Shown: in pieces, positions 35,095-47,700 of the stretch
Numbering within the stretch: position 1 is the stretch's first letter
Layout: each line of letters starts with the position of its first letter
Assembly (NCBI RefSeq): GCF_002571385.2
Contig: NW_019218629.1
Coordinates: forward strand, 25,733 to 89,732
Direction of reading: 5' to 3'
Source: Stylophora pistillata
Taxonomy: Eukaryota
Length of the DNA: 64,000 nucleotides
Made by a program: the position numbers and the translations under genes
The notes under the pieces: model-generated
What the model was told of the DNA's origin: nothing
What the model saw: only the letters and a program-made list of their open reading frames with translations
Databases searched by the model: none

Positions 35095-35409
35095 GAGGAT
35101 CGTGCATCATACGTATCTATAGCCGCAGTTCAAATATATGAACTTCATATATTCATCGTATCTGATTTATCATCACGGGTTTATTACGAATCAACTTAAC
35201 GGCCTGCTCCCTGTTGGCTTGTTAGCTCAATTGGTAGAGCGCTGCGCCTAGTATCGCAGAGGTCAGTGGTTCGAATCCCGTACAGGCCTGATTTTTTTTT
35301 AGGTCTGAATTTGGCTATTGCATAAATAGCGCTCTCTACTGCGAGGATCGTGCATCATACGTATCTATAACCGCAGTTCAAAATATATGAACTTCATATA
35401 TTCATCGTA
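35095..35409 (+). repeat. Solo relative of the 245-bp tRNA-like unit, with about 66-bp terminal direct repeats
   Basis: GAGGATCGTGCATCATACG...TATTCATCGTA at 35095-35160 and 35343-35409 flanks a tRNA-like core at 35216-35289. Confidence 0.85.
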
Positions 35410-35693
35410 CCAAATTATTTATAGTAACAATTTTCTCATGACTAAATCCACTAGTTTGGCTCTAGGATGCCGAAGTTTCGCTAGAAGCCTCTAGCATTCC
35501 AAGCTGCTGTCAGTACAAACTCACAGACCGAAGTAAAAAAGAGTTATTTACCGGTCTAGGTAAAAAAGTGTGCTCTCTCTTTTTATCATGCTTAAAGACA
35601 ACTCCTTAGATTTGCTTGCGGCATCCATAAAAGAGTAAAAATTTGATGCCGATATCGTAATAGCTGTAAGATACAATTCCTTTTTTATGCATC

Positions 35694-35786
35694 CTAGTCA
35701 AACATTTCTTCCTCCTGAAAATCCAATCTTCCTTCTAACAGTTGAAGCTCACTCTTGAAAAATTCTTCCTTGCTTATCTTCTTTTT
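35694..35786 (-). CDS. Predicted terminal exon of the SAMD9-like gene (KKKISKEEFFKSELQLLEGRLDFQEEEMFD*)
   Basis: Strong acceptor ttcctctttttcag, phase 0, completing the motif GEKLDENQ|KKKISKE..SEL. Confidence 0.7.
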   Translation of the reverse strand, partial: KKKISKEEFFKSELQLLEGRLDFQEEEMFD

Positions 35787-38700
35787 CTGAAAAAGAGGAA
35801 ACAAAAGAAAAAAAGAAATAAGAATTCAGCAAAAGCCAACAGAAGGTATCCATTTGAAAAGTAGTTTGCTTTTAAAACATCTTCAAAGAAATGCATACAA
35901 GAAATCTACTATCCCATCAGCCTGACAAACTAGACAGATCTTTTTTTAACGAGTTGCAACTAAAACTGATAAACTTATGCGGTTTCGATGAAATGTAACA
36001 AAATAACCTCCTTCACGGAAAGCAAACTGTTGTGCAAAACCGTTATGAAAACTGAAGATATAAAAGAGATGACCTCTTTAGCTTGGATGTTATGTCTAAT
36101 GAGTGAAATGAAATGAGCCAGCAGGAATCAAACCAAACATTTCTTAAGGAGGCGCGAAAGAGTTTTATGACCGTGCGGAGAATGGATTCCAAGATACACG
36201 CAAGCAAATTACTCGCGAGAGAAATACGCGATGGAGCGCGCGCGATCAGATCAGTGGGCGAGTTGTAAAAAAAACATGGCTGCCACGAGCGTTTCAAAAT
36301 TGCCGGGTACTTCTACTGATTCCAGTGGAAGTGGTTGTTTAAGGAACAAAAATGGAAAGTTTACTTCTTGAAAGCATGTAGGAAAATGTTTGGATGGCAG
36401 GACTCTCACCGAAAGTGGTAAAAAAAAGATTATTTAACAAGCTGAAGGCACAGAAGGCAGCATGGTCGAGTGGTCAGCGTGTCAGACTTCGGCCAGTTGG
36501 GATTCTTAATAATGTTATTTTCAATTTGAAATATTTGTTTCAATTGTTTGGTGGAAAACCTGTAAACTAGCTTCTAGTTAAGTGTTTCTCCACGTTAAAA
36601 ACTGTTTAATACTTTTTACTTATTTATTGGCTAAAGGAGGATGGTGAAGCCGACACCGCATCAGCAAAGTCGCGACGAGTACGCTCGGTAGGTCTTACTT
36701 TGTTCCGCTAAAAAATTTAATTGGTTACCTCTGAGTGCTGCGATTTGTTTGACATTACTTCACATTGATTCCTAATAAAATGAAATTAGCGAGAACTTTC
36801 CTAAACAACTCATTGAAAGATGAAATGATTGTTGGATCCAGAGTTGTAAACACTGACAGTTTTATGAACGGAAATGGAGAAGTATAAATGTTGCCTTAAA
36901 AATACACATAATTTTTAAGTAAACGAGATATCGAAAAAATGTGGATGAGACTTTAATTTTAAGTCAACCAGACAGTAAAATTAAAATAAAATACTAATCT
37001 TAAACTTGTGAGAAAGATTGTTGATATTTCCCTCGATAAACTGTAAATTACAACTTGGAAGAAATTGCAAACTCGCGATCGTTAAGAAAGGATTGCAAAA
37101 TTTGTTGTCTTAGTGGCAAAGAGAGAAAAGGAAAAATGAAGCCAAGGCTTGTTCATAGCTCTAGTTCTTCGAAAATTAGTAATTTGCGAAATATGTGAGC
37201 AACAAATTAGTGATGTATATAAAACCCTGTTTTCCGCTAAGTTTGACGCTCATGACAGTACGGAAGACGTCAATGCAAATTATTTTCACTCCTCCACTTC
37301 AAATTGCACATGAACAATTACATCGGTCAATCATGGTAAATGTGCATCAACAAATGAGGCCTTTAATCAAGCCATCTTGAAACAACGACAAGATACCATC
37401 CAGACGTTGGATGGAAAGCTTCATCTTTCGACAAACATGGTCCAGACGCTGGCACATGCTGGTTTGTTTCATGTTATACCACAGTCTCTGTACGAGAAAC
37501 TCAACATTAACGGGCCTCAATGGAGTAATGGCATTGGCGCCAACTGCAAACTCAACTGGTCACAATAAATCGAATTCCGCAAGAGAATACTCTTACATTT
37601 TTAACAGTCGTAACGGTAAGCAGTCTGAGTCTCAAATGATGACTCATTTTTCAGAAATGTGTAAAATCACAAAACAGTGTGAATCCATCTTCAGGACGAA
37701 CGCTTTTTTGCTCTCTGAGGGCATCCATCGATTAATTGCGTGGACGCGGACTCGTCCTTGTGAAAATGAGCCGTTGAGTCAGAGGTATCGTTTAAAACGC
37801 GTGACCGGATATAAAAGTGTGAGCTAAAATTGTAAAAACCGGAAGTAAAGCTTGCTAAGTGGATGAGCTAATATCTCGAAAATTAGTTCGGTGACCTAAT
37901 CTGGCTTTTTGTGTACAAATAATATTCATCATAGAGAATGTGATGATGTTTAAAAAATTAAAAAAAAAAAAACTAGGTCAACGACTTGGTTTTTTGAGAT
38001 ATCTTTCAAAAACCGAGTTTTAGAGGGTCTTTTAGCACCGTTGTTCTGTTGCCATGGCAACAGACAGAGCCTGGCGAACACTCTTAAGAAATATACTAAA
38101 ATTATTTTATACAGATGTCAAAACATTACCCTGATGATAACTTTGACAGTCCTGATACCTTTTTCATTTGTCGCTTGCCGTTACTAGTGAAAAACCCTTT
38201 CAAGCCTCCTTAACTCAGATTTGCCTGAAGCAGTTACAAACCTCTGTTGCCTAGTTTTGCTTTTGCTTTTTTTTCACGGAAGAGTAAACCCTTTAAAAGA
38301 ATCATGACATAGCATCGAATTACACAATATCGTCGATGTTCTATTTACGTCTTGCTTAAGGCACAGACTTAAGAAGCGGAACCGAAACGATATAAAGAAC
38401 ATGAATTCAGAAAGAAATGAAACAGTATCCTTGAGGATAGTAGAGTGGTACAGAAATTTCGAAGTCAACTAAGATACAACCCTCGAAATTCAAATCAATT
38501 AAAAAATGAACAGTTTTTAATATAAGAGAAAAATCGAGTTTCCAGATGGGATTTCACATAGGTTCACATTTTTTCAACCGTCAAAATTACCCAAAACCGT
38601 CAACTGCTCCAGTCTTATCAATCGGATTGCCGCTGTTCCCCGGTTGGTTTTACCTTGCAACGATCCGATCAACGACAAGATTTTAGTGATTATGACAATC

Positions 38701-41700
38701 ACCTTATAGGCTTGAAATGGCTTCGTGTTTTATCTACTTCCGAGGAGCATTCCCACTTTATGTTCTTGTCGAAGGAAGCTTTTTACTGGTCTTCTCACAT
38801 GAAATTGACACGGGTGCTTCGTTTACAGATGAAATTGCAAATTTTTCTTTCTCGTGCGTTGCTTTTGACATTTTCACGTCTGGTTTGAGTTTTATTATTT
38901 ACAATGTACGTAGAGTTTTTGCATAAGTTGTTTGGTGTGTTATCTGTGAATTACCCGCCTCGGTAACCTGTTATATTGCAAATATTAATTTCTTACGTAC
39001 TTCTGTACTAAAATCAATGAAGAAAAAAATTCAACCAGCCGTGAACGTTTGTCGTCAGTTGATCATACCTGTAATTAGCATTTAACTGTAACCGTTACCT
39101 GTCCAAGCGAAATTCCTTCCTAGCCAATCGTTATTGAAATGTATTAGATAATTCAATGCGTGACGTAATCCTTAAGTTAATTAATATGATTAAATAAAAA
39201 GCAAGTTCTGGCGCATTTTGAGACAACCTTGACTCTTAAGGCAACTCATGAAGACAACCTTGATTTCAAGGTTGTCTTCAAGTCAACCTTGAATTTTCAG
39301 AATGTGTTCTGAGAGAACCTCGATTCGAAGGCAACTCATGAAGACAACCAGTTTTGGCTCATTTTAAAATTTCACAAGTTCGCTGTTACGCCTGAATTTC
39401 ACAACATCATCTGTGAAATTCATGGTTTGCATCAGCATCATTAAGAGTTCACACTTTCAAGCTCTCTGTTGATGATGTTGGACAGAGCATCTGAAAGGAT
39501 GAAGATGTGACATTTCACTTTTCCGGAACGTCATACGTTGCTGCTGATTGCGAGCTGAGCTCCTTCTTTTGTATCCCCTAGTCTCAATCTTTAACGGTGA
39601 AGATTTTCAAATGCTAATATTGTGTCTTCTCACAAAGAAGTCGTGGTGTGCCTTGATTTTTCCTTCTGTCAAAACTTTGTCTTTATAAATGAGAGGAGTA
39701 TGGCAGTCTGAGTTCAGTCCTTCATGAAAATTATCTCCAACTATTTTTGTGAAATTCCCCCACACGAATTGTGCCTGTTGCAGGAGTTGCAGAAAAGTCG
39801 AAAAGCTTCACACCATTGCACCAGAAGAACTTTGGCCATTTCAATGGTCCTCTCTTGTAGATTGTCTGTAAAGCCTTTGAGACCTGAGTAGGATCTTTTG
39901 AAGTGAAAGCTTCAGCATCCTTTAATCTGCTCGCAACATCGACAACTGTCAATACAGACTTAGACACTCCTTCCTCTCGGAAGTGTGTCATGAGGGAGGA
40001 AAAGAAGATCAGCTTGGTGAACTGCATTTAGAGATTCAACATCAAAAGTTGGTATCGGGATTTGTTTCGGGACCGGAAAAGAAATCTGGCACTCCGACTT
40101 CTTAGCTAACTTAAAAATCCTAAACAGCTTCAAAAGGTATATGCTAAAAGTGGCGCACTTAGGAGAATCAGGCGTTTTGTCCCTGACAATGTTATGTTAA
40201 GGCTCTATAAAACTTTCATTCTCCCTCATTTTGAATACTGTTGCCCCCTCTTACTTGGATTGGGGAAAGTGCAAGCGAATCGGCTAGAAGATGCCAACTA
40301 TTATATTCTTAGATCACTGCTAGGTTATCACAAGTCTACCCTTTATGATGAATTGCTGCGAATCTTGAATATGGAAACGTTAGACCAGAGAAGGAAACAA
40401 CAATCCCTTATTCTGTTATATAAATGTTTGCATAACGACGGTCCCAAATACATCAGAGATTTTTTTAGTTTTAGGGAAACTATGTACAACCTGAGAGGAA
40501 CCGGCATTAGTTTGTGCGCACCTAAATTTAATTTAAATTTCATAAAAAAATCTTTCACTTATATGTGTGCGCAGCTGTGGAATGGATTACCAACAGGTGT
40601 AAAACTGGCCAATGATATCAACCTTTTTAAGAAGCTATTGAGAACATTGAAACTTTAGCTGCTTCTCAATTTTATACTTGTATTTAAGTGACTCTCAATT
40701 TCATTGTACAAACTTAATTTTTAATTTTAATTTTAAATTATTTAAGCTATTGCTTCATCATTTTATACCTGTATTTAAGTGACTTTGAATTTTACTGTAC
40801 AAACTTAAATTTTAATATTAATCGTTAGTTATTTTAATTTCTAATCAATTAGGTTTTGACAGTATGTATTAGTTTTTTTAGATTCTTAATCTTAGAGGCA
40901 CGTACGTATTTTGAATGAGCTCTATGAACTCCTTGACGCTACGTGGGTAAATAAAGTATTGATTGATTGATTGATCCTTTCGTGCTATAATTAACTCTTT
41001 AAAGTTTATTTTCCATTTTCTTTTGTATTCACAGAAACGACTGGCCGCCGATCCCAAAGCCAAAGCCATAACTCCATTGTAGATCACTTAACCTTGCTTT
41101 TGTTGTGTGCTCGGCTTGTAGAAGTGTGAAAACTGTGGCTTTCTTAGATCAAGCTCTTCATTATGTGCCTTGATGAAAAGCTTTAAAACATAATCTGTAG
41201 CAACCAAATTCTGTTTTGCCTCCTTTTTGATTCGGTCATTTGCTACAATCCAATCGAGAAGCTTTGTTCGATTTTCTTGATACTTCTCAAAGGCACTAAG
41301 TATTTTTACACAGAGACACCATGTCTCTTCTTGTCCTCTTCAACACTTTTTTCATCTCCACTCATATACTTTGCGAGATAGCTCCAACCAACAAATGCAG
41401 TTACATTGATGAGCGCTCCTCCAATCATTATTGCTACGCTTGCCATTTTATCAATGGTCATCATTATTTTCAAGAATCGCTGACGAGTATTCGTCATAAA
41501 TTTTTTCTTCTACCCATTTGATTTATTAATACATAATGTTCCAGTTCTTACCCAAGTTCTTATTTAAGTTGTTATTAAGTTCTCATTGAAGTTCCTATTC
41601 AAGTGCTTATCATGTCTTGATGAGTACTTATTTAATTTCATCACAAATACTTTATATTTCCTTAACATTGACCGAGGGCGACCTAAAGGGTACTTTAACA

Positions 41701-44700
41701 TTTTTGACAGTGAGAAGAGCAGCTCTTGCGGTTGCCATGTACTTTCCATACTTTAGCCTCAATCCATTTGCAATCATTCCAAGTTCTCTCTTTACCGTAT
41801 AGTTATCGTTAAAGACCCTCAGAATCTTTCTTTCGTCAATAGGGAGAAAATGAGCCAATGCTTTATATGGAAGCTAAAGCAATGTATCAACCATTGCATC
41901 GCAAGTCTTTGAAGACAATGAAGCTTTATATCTCTTGAAGTACTTCTTAACATCTTGTTGACAAGGCTTCTTGACCTAATCCTGGGTGAGAGATACACCA
42001 ATCATTTCCTTCGCTTTACCACTTGCAACGAGAACAGCAAGTTGCTCTCGATGATCCGAATCACTTGTGGGTTCAGCCTCGAGAATGTTCATAACATCTG
42101 TGATTACTTCTTGTTCAGACATATCCATTTTAAATGTAACGTTTCAAAATTTATACTGAATAGATGGCAAAGTGACAATATGAGATGTGAATATTCTGCT
42201 CTCTTTAGCTTTGCTATTAATTCCATCTGCTCACCCTTTATCAAATCACCTGCACAATCATCAGATATAATCTTCATATCTTTAGCCGAAGATGCATAGA
42301 AGAAAACTAAGGCAGCGATGTTTTTGCTGAATGGTTTTGTGATACGTGTCATCTGCTGTGTGAGGACCCAGACGCTGATTCCCCTATATCTTGCGCTGGA
42401 TGCTAAATTCACGAGTTCATTCGTCCTCTGCTTCACATCTCTCGAAGCAATGCAGTCATAGAGGATGATCAGTGTATTGGTTCCCTCGTACATATAACTA
42501 ATAATCTTGAACCAATCATCATCCGTCTTGGATTAGAGTCAAGATAGGTAAGTCCTTATTCGAATCTCCGAAATTTCCCACATCTTATTGTGGATGAACG
42601 TTGGACAAATCAGGATACTATAATCGAATTTCTGAATTCTTTGCTCAAGAGATTGAAAAGGTATCTTGTCTATCCTGAATTTGTAGGTGCATTGAATGGA
42701 TTATTTTTGGGATTCATATTCTATAGAGGCCATGAGCAAAAGTTGATATCTTTCCTTCTCTTCATCAGCACTCAAAGCTATCTTGTGGATGGTCTCAGTG
42801 AATAGTTCATGCTTATGTGACCTGAATACATTCATGTTCCTCACTTTTTATGTTTCTGCTGAATAAGCACTCTCTATTGTCGTCATGATTATATTCTTCT
42901 TAATTACAGTCTTCTTAATCCCTTTACACTTCTTCTCTTCTGTCCCTCAAGTATCTTGCAGCTGTAGAGTTTTGCTCTCAATCCAACAAACTCTTCAATG
43001 ATCTTTCCACCAGCTTCATCTCCCATCACGCCTACAACCTTGTTACAGCCAGTTGAGATTCCTGAAATGTGATCCTTGGTAGAGTTGCTTGTGTCAAACT
43101 TGTGTTTAATATCTTCACTCATATCCTTGTAGAAGTCTTCAGTTTCAGCCTTATACATGACACTGTCAGTGTCTGTGAATAGGAGCTTTACACCATCCCC
43201 ATACATCTCTGGCTTATGAAATTGTATTAATGTTCTTGTTGTGCGTTGTAACGAGACTTTTTTTAACTATTGTGCTATGTGTAGAGTTTGGCTTTGCAGA
43301 AAGCTTTTGTGCTTTCGTTCGGTTGTTGACTAATCTTACATCTACTCTATTCCTGATGTTTTCAATAGTTTTGCCAAAAACAGAGTTGTTCATCAACTTG
43401 AAGAAATCCTTTTCGAATTCATTCTTCGCATTCCTGGACAGGTTTGTGTTAAACTCCATGTGTTTCTTTAGCCAGGGTTCTTCCTGAAAGCTTACTCCTT
43501 CGCGAATCTTTTTTATCCTCAAACCAAGGCTTTCATATAGCTTGAGGTTCTTGTGATGAATGATATACTTCCCCTTATCATTCATAATTGGCATAAACTT
43601 CCTTACCTTATTGATCGTAAGCCTCTCAGGAGCGAGTCGATAATCATTTTGTAAGTTTTGAAGCTCTTTTGGAAAATAAAGATATACTGTCTTCGAAGAT
43701 ACAAGGAATATTACTTCATTTGCCGAGGCCCGTCATCCACTTGAAACCTCCGAAATGAAGAGGCTTACACATTGCCCATCATAGAAAATGTTTGCATCAA
43801 GATAGGTGATGTATTTGGTTTGCCTGCTCGAATCATAGGCTTCACCCATATATTTGTTGTTTGCTTTTCCATAGCAAGTTAATGTCATTGAGATTCCTCC
43901 ACGAATTCCTTTCTTAAAATATCAGCAACATGTTTGGATCACTCAATAGCTTAAGCTCAATGTTTGTCACCTTTTATGCGACATCCCAAGCCAACCCAGG
44001 AGCAGTGTAATACCAGGTAGGGTCGAGATCTTAATTCTCAAAACAGACGTTTCTAACTCTTCGAACACGTTTGCCAGCAGGAGGACGTCTGATTTGATTT
44101 GAGATAAAGGTCATGAGAATCACCTAACGTATTCATTTTGAACTTGTTCCAAACATCCTTTGCGTGCTCATAATCTTCATCGGATGTATCACCGTCATTC
44201 AGCTTTGAAAGAAAACCTCTTTTAGTCGGTAGTTTTGTCGCATCAAATTTAGTGATACTACTCATGTAATCATATGGGTACACACCCTCTCTTGAGACCA
44301 ACTCGATTTTGTCCTTGAGTACTTTCTTAGTTTCCTTCAGCTTATCTTGAATGGAGTTACAAACCAGTTTATCGAGAGAAGAGGTCATAAACTTAGAGCT
44401 GTCAATAAAGCGAAGCTCAATCTTGATATCAACTTCTTTACCTTCTAAGTTGATGTAAGAGCCAACAACGACGTCTTTGCAGAAGCTGATTTAGCTCTCA
44501 TTAGTGGGAATGCATTTGATGTTTTATTCAGTCTTGCCAAGATTCTAAACAAATAGATGATAGTCGTAAGCCAAGTTGTGAAAGATGATAGGAGTGAACT
44601 TCAGCTTCTTGAATTGTAGGTTGCATATGTAGTGCACTGCTCCACGATACTTTCCTGTAAAATGGCAGTGGTCTTTCACTTTGTCAAAGGCGCTCTCAAA

Positions 44701-47700
44701 AATTTCTCACGGTATCCAACAGTGTTTTGCTGCAGTTATCATTTGCATATCGCTGTTGGTGAAGATCATCTCCTGCAAAGTAGAATTTCTTATGAATCTT
44801 TTTCATATTCTGTTTGAGAACTTCAACAAAGATCTGGCAATTTCTTCATCTTCACCTCTTGCTCTGTAGATGACTGTCTCTTAAGAATAAGGCCTAACCT
44901 CTAAGCTGACAGCCTTATAGTCGAAACCACATGGTTTATATTTTTGATATTGATTGGTGAAGTTCTCATCGCTCCTCGACTCACTGGTGTCAAACAGTTC
45001 TGTGAGTGATTCAAAGTAGGCATAAACAACAAAGGGCATTCTTACTGAACGGTTGTGGTATTTTGCTGGCATCTCGATCTTGACTGCCTCATTGTTTGCA
45101 CAATACTCTTCATGGACTGCAAGCTTTCATTTGACTGTTCTATCCTCATTTTCTCTAACCATCTCACATAAGAGAATCATCTTGATTTAGTCTAGCGATT
45201 TTCTCTCATGATTCTCAAGACTTAAGGTTTTGCTTTCTGCATGAAATCTTTTGATCCAAAACCTTCAATTCTAAATTGCCTCGCGAAACCTCTCAACGCG
45301 CTTGCTGACTCTTGAATTGTAAACTGATGACTTTTGTAGTATTCAACGAACTTATTTCATTCACCTCTCGTATCTTAAGTGGTTTTTTCTGAATCCAAGC
45401 ATCTTTTGAATTTCCCTTATTTCTCTCCTCCTCCTTTGTTCAGATTCATCAACCTGCAGTCTGACATATCTTGTTGGTCTGAGAACTGGAGCATTAATGT
45501 CAGGAAACGAGCGGTCAATAATATTAGATAACAACTCAATCAACTTCTGCTTTCTGAGTCTTGAATATTTTTTTTAAGTCCGAGCCGTTTTACATCAGCT
45601 CATAATTCTTGAACATTTTTCTTCTCCATTTTTTTTATTGTATAAAAAAAATTAACATACTATTAAAATGGAAGACAAGAATTTAATTCCAATACGTTCA
45701 AACAAATTCAGGGAAATTTCCAAACAAAACGCTAAGTTCCAGCGACAGCGAGAAAAATCACGATACAAAGTAAAGTCGGATTGATTTCAGCTAGACTGAT
45801 CTCAGCCTACTTGATTCATCGCCTCTTATTTTGAAATTGTTCAACCATAAATATTGCAACGCCTATAATCAGAGGCCATGCATTTTGACCGAAGAAGCTG
45901 ATCACTGATTCAGCAGCTCTGAAAACGAAGCCGACTATGGAGCCAATGAGGTGTGGAAGAATTCCAGCCATCTTTTCTCCGAGAGTCTTAAGCCCGTTCC
46001 CTACTCCTTTAGCAAAAGACTTCGAGCCTTTTGTCAATGTGCTCACAATCACTCCAATCCTTGTTCCAACTGTCAAGACAACAGCTGAGACTGTTAAGCC
46101 ATAGTTCTTGAAGATGTTTCTCACTCTCTCACGGAGTGATAATCTTTCTTCGAGTCTCTCTCTCTCCTTGTCAAGAGCATCAATTCTCTCTGGATCTTCT
46201 ATCATCCTTTCTCTTTGCTATTATCCTTTCTCTTTGAAGTAGAGTTTACATTCTTATCATCAACAATCCCCCGATCATCTTAATTGAACTTCTGCAGCTC
46301 CTCAATTTCTTTAGACTTCTGAGGAGTCAAAATCTATTGCTACTTTTACGGTGGAGATAGATTCGGTATTTTCATTGATCTTAAAAGTAAGAGGGACGAT
46401 GACCTCACGGTTCAGGATTGAGATTGGTGGATACGCAAGAGGGAGTTCAGCTCGCAATTAACAGGAAAGCATCGGGTTCAGAAAATGTGAAACTTCACAT
46501 CTTAATGCTATCAGACGCTCAGCTCAACATCGTCAAGAGAGAGCTTGAGAGTGTGAGCTATTTACGATGCCGATCCAAACAATGAATGACGACAATTCAG
46601 GCACGACAGCGAACTTTTGAAATTTCAAAATGAGCCAGAACTGGTTGTCTTTTTGAGTTGCCTTTAAATCAAGGCTGTCTCAGAACTCATTTTGAAAAAT
46701 CAAGGTTGAGTTGGGTTTTCCCCCTGTTCGTCATGTGATTTGTGAGACAAGAAACCTGTGTTTACACCAGTAACGAGAAATACCTTCAATCCCAACTGAC
46801 ACTGACTATTTAGTAAAACTGTAAGTTTAACTTGTTACCTGATTTTCATCCAGTTTTTCTCCTTGCTTTCCCTGCTCTTTTAAAGACTGAATCTCCTTGA
46901 TTTTTCTCCTTAACTTTCCCAGCTTAGAAGTGTATTTGTCATATGTCATGAATTTCTTGGCTGAAGGATATTGAGTTTGATGAGCAGAGACCAGATTGTT
47001 TAATACCATAGATCTTTGGACGTATTCACGACTGGTATATTTAACGTCCAGGGCAATAGGCTGGTGCCAACTGAATCCTAGGTAGAATAATACTTCTTCC
47101 TTTGAAAATCCTCCCTCACGATCAGAATAGTAAACATCGATACTTTCACTGAGTTCTAGAGGATTCTTCACCCTAATCACATTTTTACCAGCAACCACTC
47201 CTGTAAGACGTTTGAGTCTATCTCTCGTTTCAGAATGTTCAAAGTCCACAGATCCACGAGACGTTTTCAATTCATTTATATGAACAAAAACATCTAACCC
47301 TGAGCCTTTTCCCAAGTAGAAAAGTGTAGTATACTGTCTAGTCAGTTTCTTGAAAGGCATGTGCTTGTACATGTTTTGCTTAAGCATTTTATCGCCGTCT
47401 GTTTCACCTTTCCCCCTCTCTGCCCACCTGGTTTTGAGTTTTGTCAATGCTTCATTGAAGTCTTTCACGCGATAGTTAGTTAGCTCCAACTTCTTTCGTG
47501 GCCAAAGGAACATTACTTTAAGCAAATGTGCATACAGCCTCTTAAATCTTTCATCCTGTTGTTCCAGTGCAACCAGCGAGTCCACAAATCTGTAGATTTC
47601 TCTGTATTCCTCTTCGACCAGCTCAGCTTTTTTGGATTTTGAGGTACTGCTGTATGGAGAATGAAGAGCCATGCTTGTTGCGATATACAGAAGTAGGTCT

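Larger units (their letters stand above)
39200..46720. mobile_element. Second Polinton-like relic (HNH/EndoVII-type pPolB), internally deleted, inside the last intron of the SAMD9-like gene
   Basis: pPolB, ATPase and small genes on the minus strand, bounded by about 320-bp inverted repeats (about 39280-39610 and 46395-46715). Confidence 0.85.

Noticed and set aside
35216-35289. tRNA-like copy just downstream of the SAMD9-like gene as a dedicated decoy or substrate for its nuclease
   Set aside because: It belongs to a repeat family that also occurs elsewhere in the window; proximity alone is not evidence.
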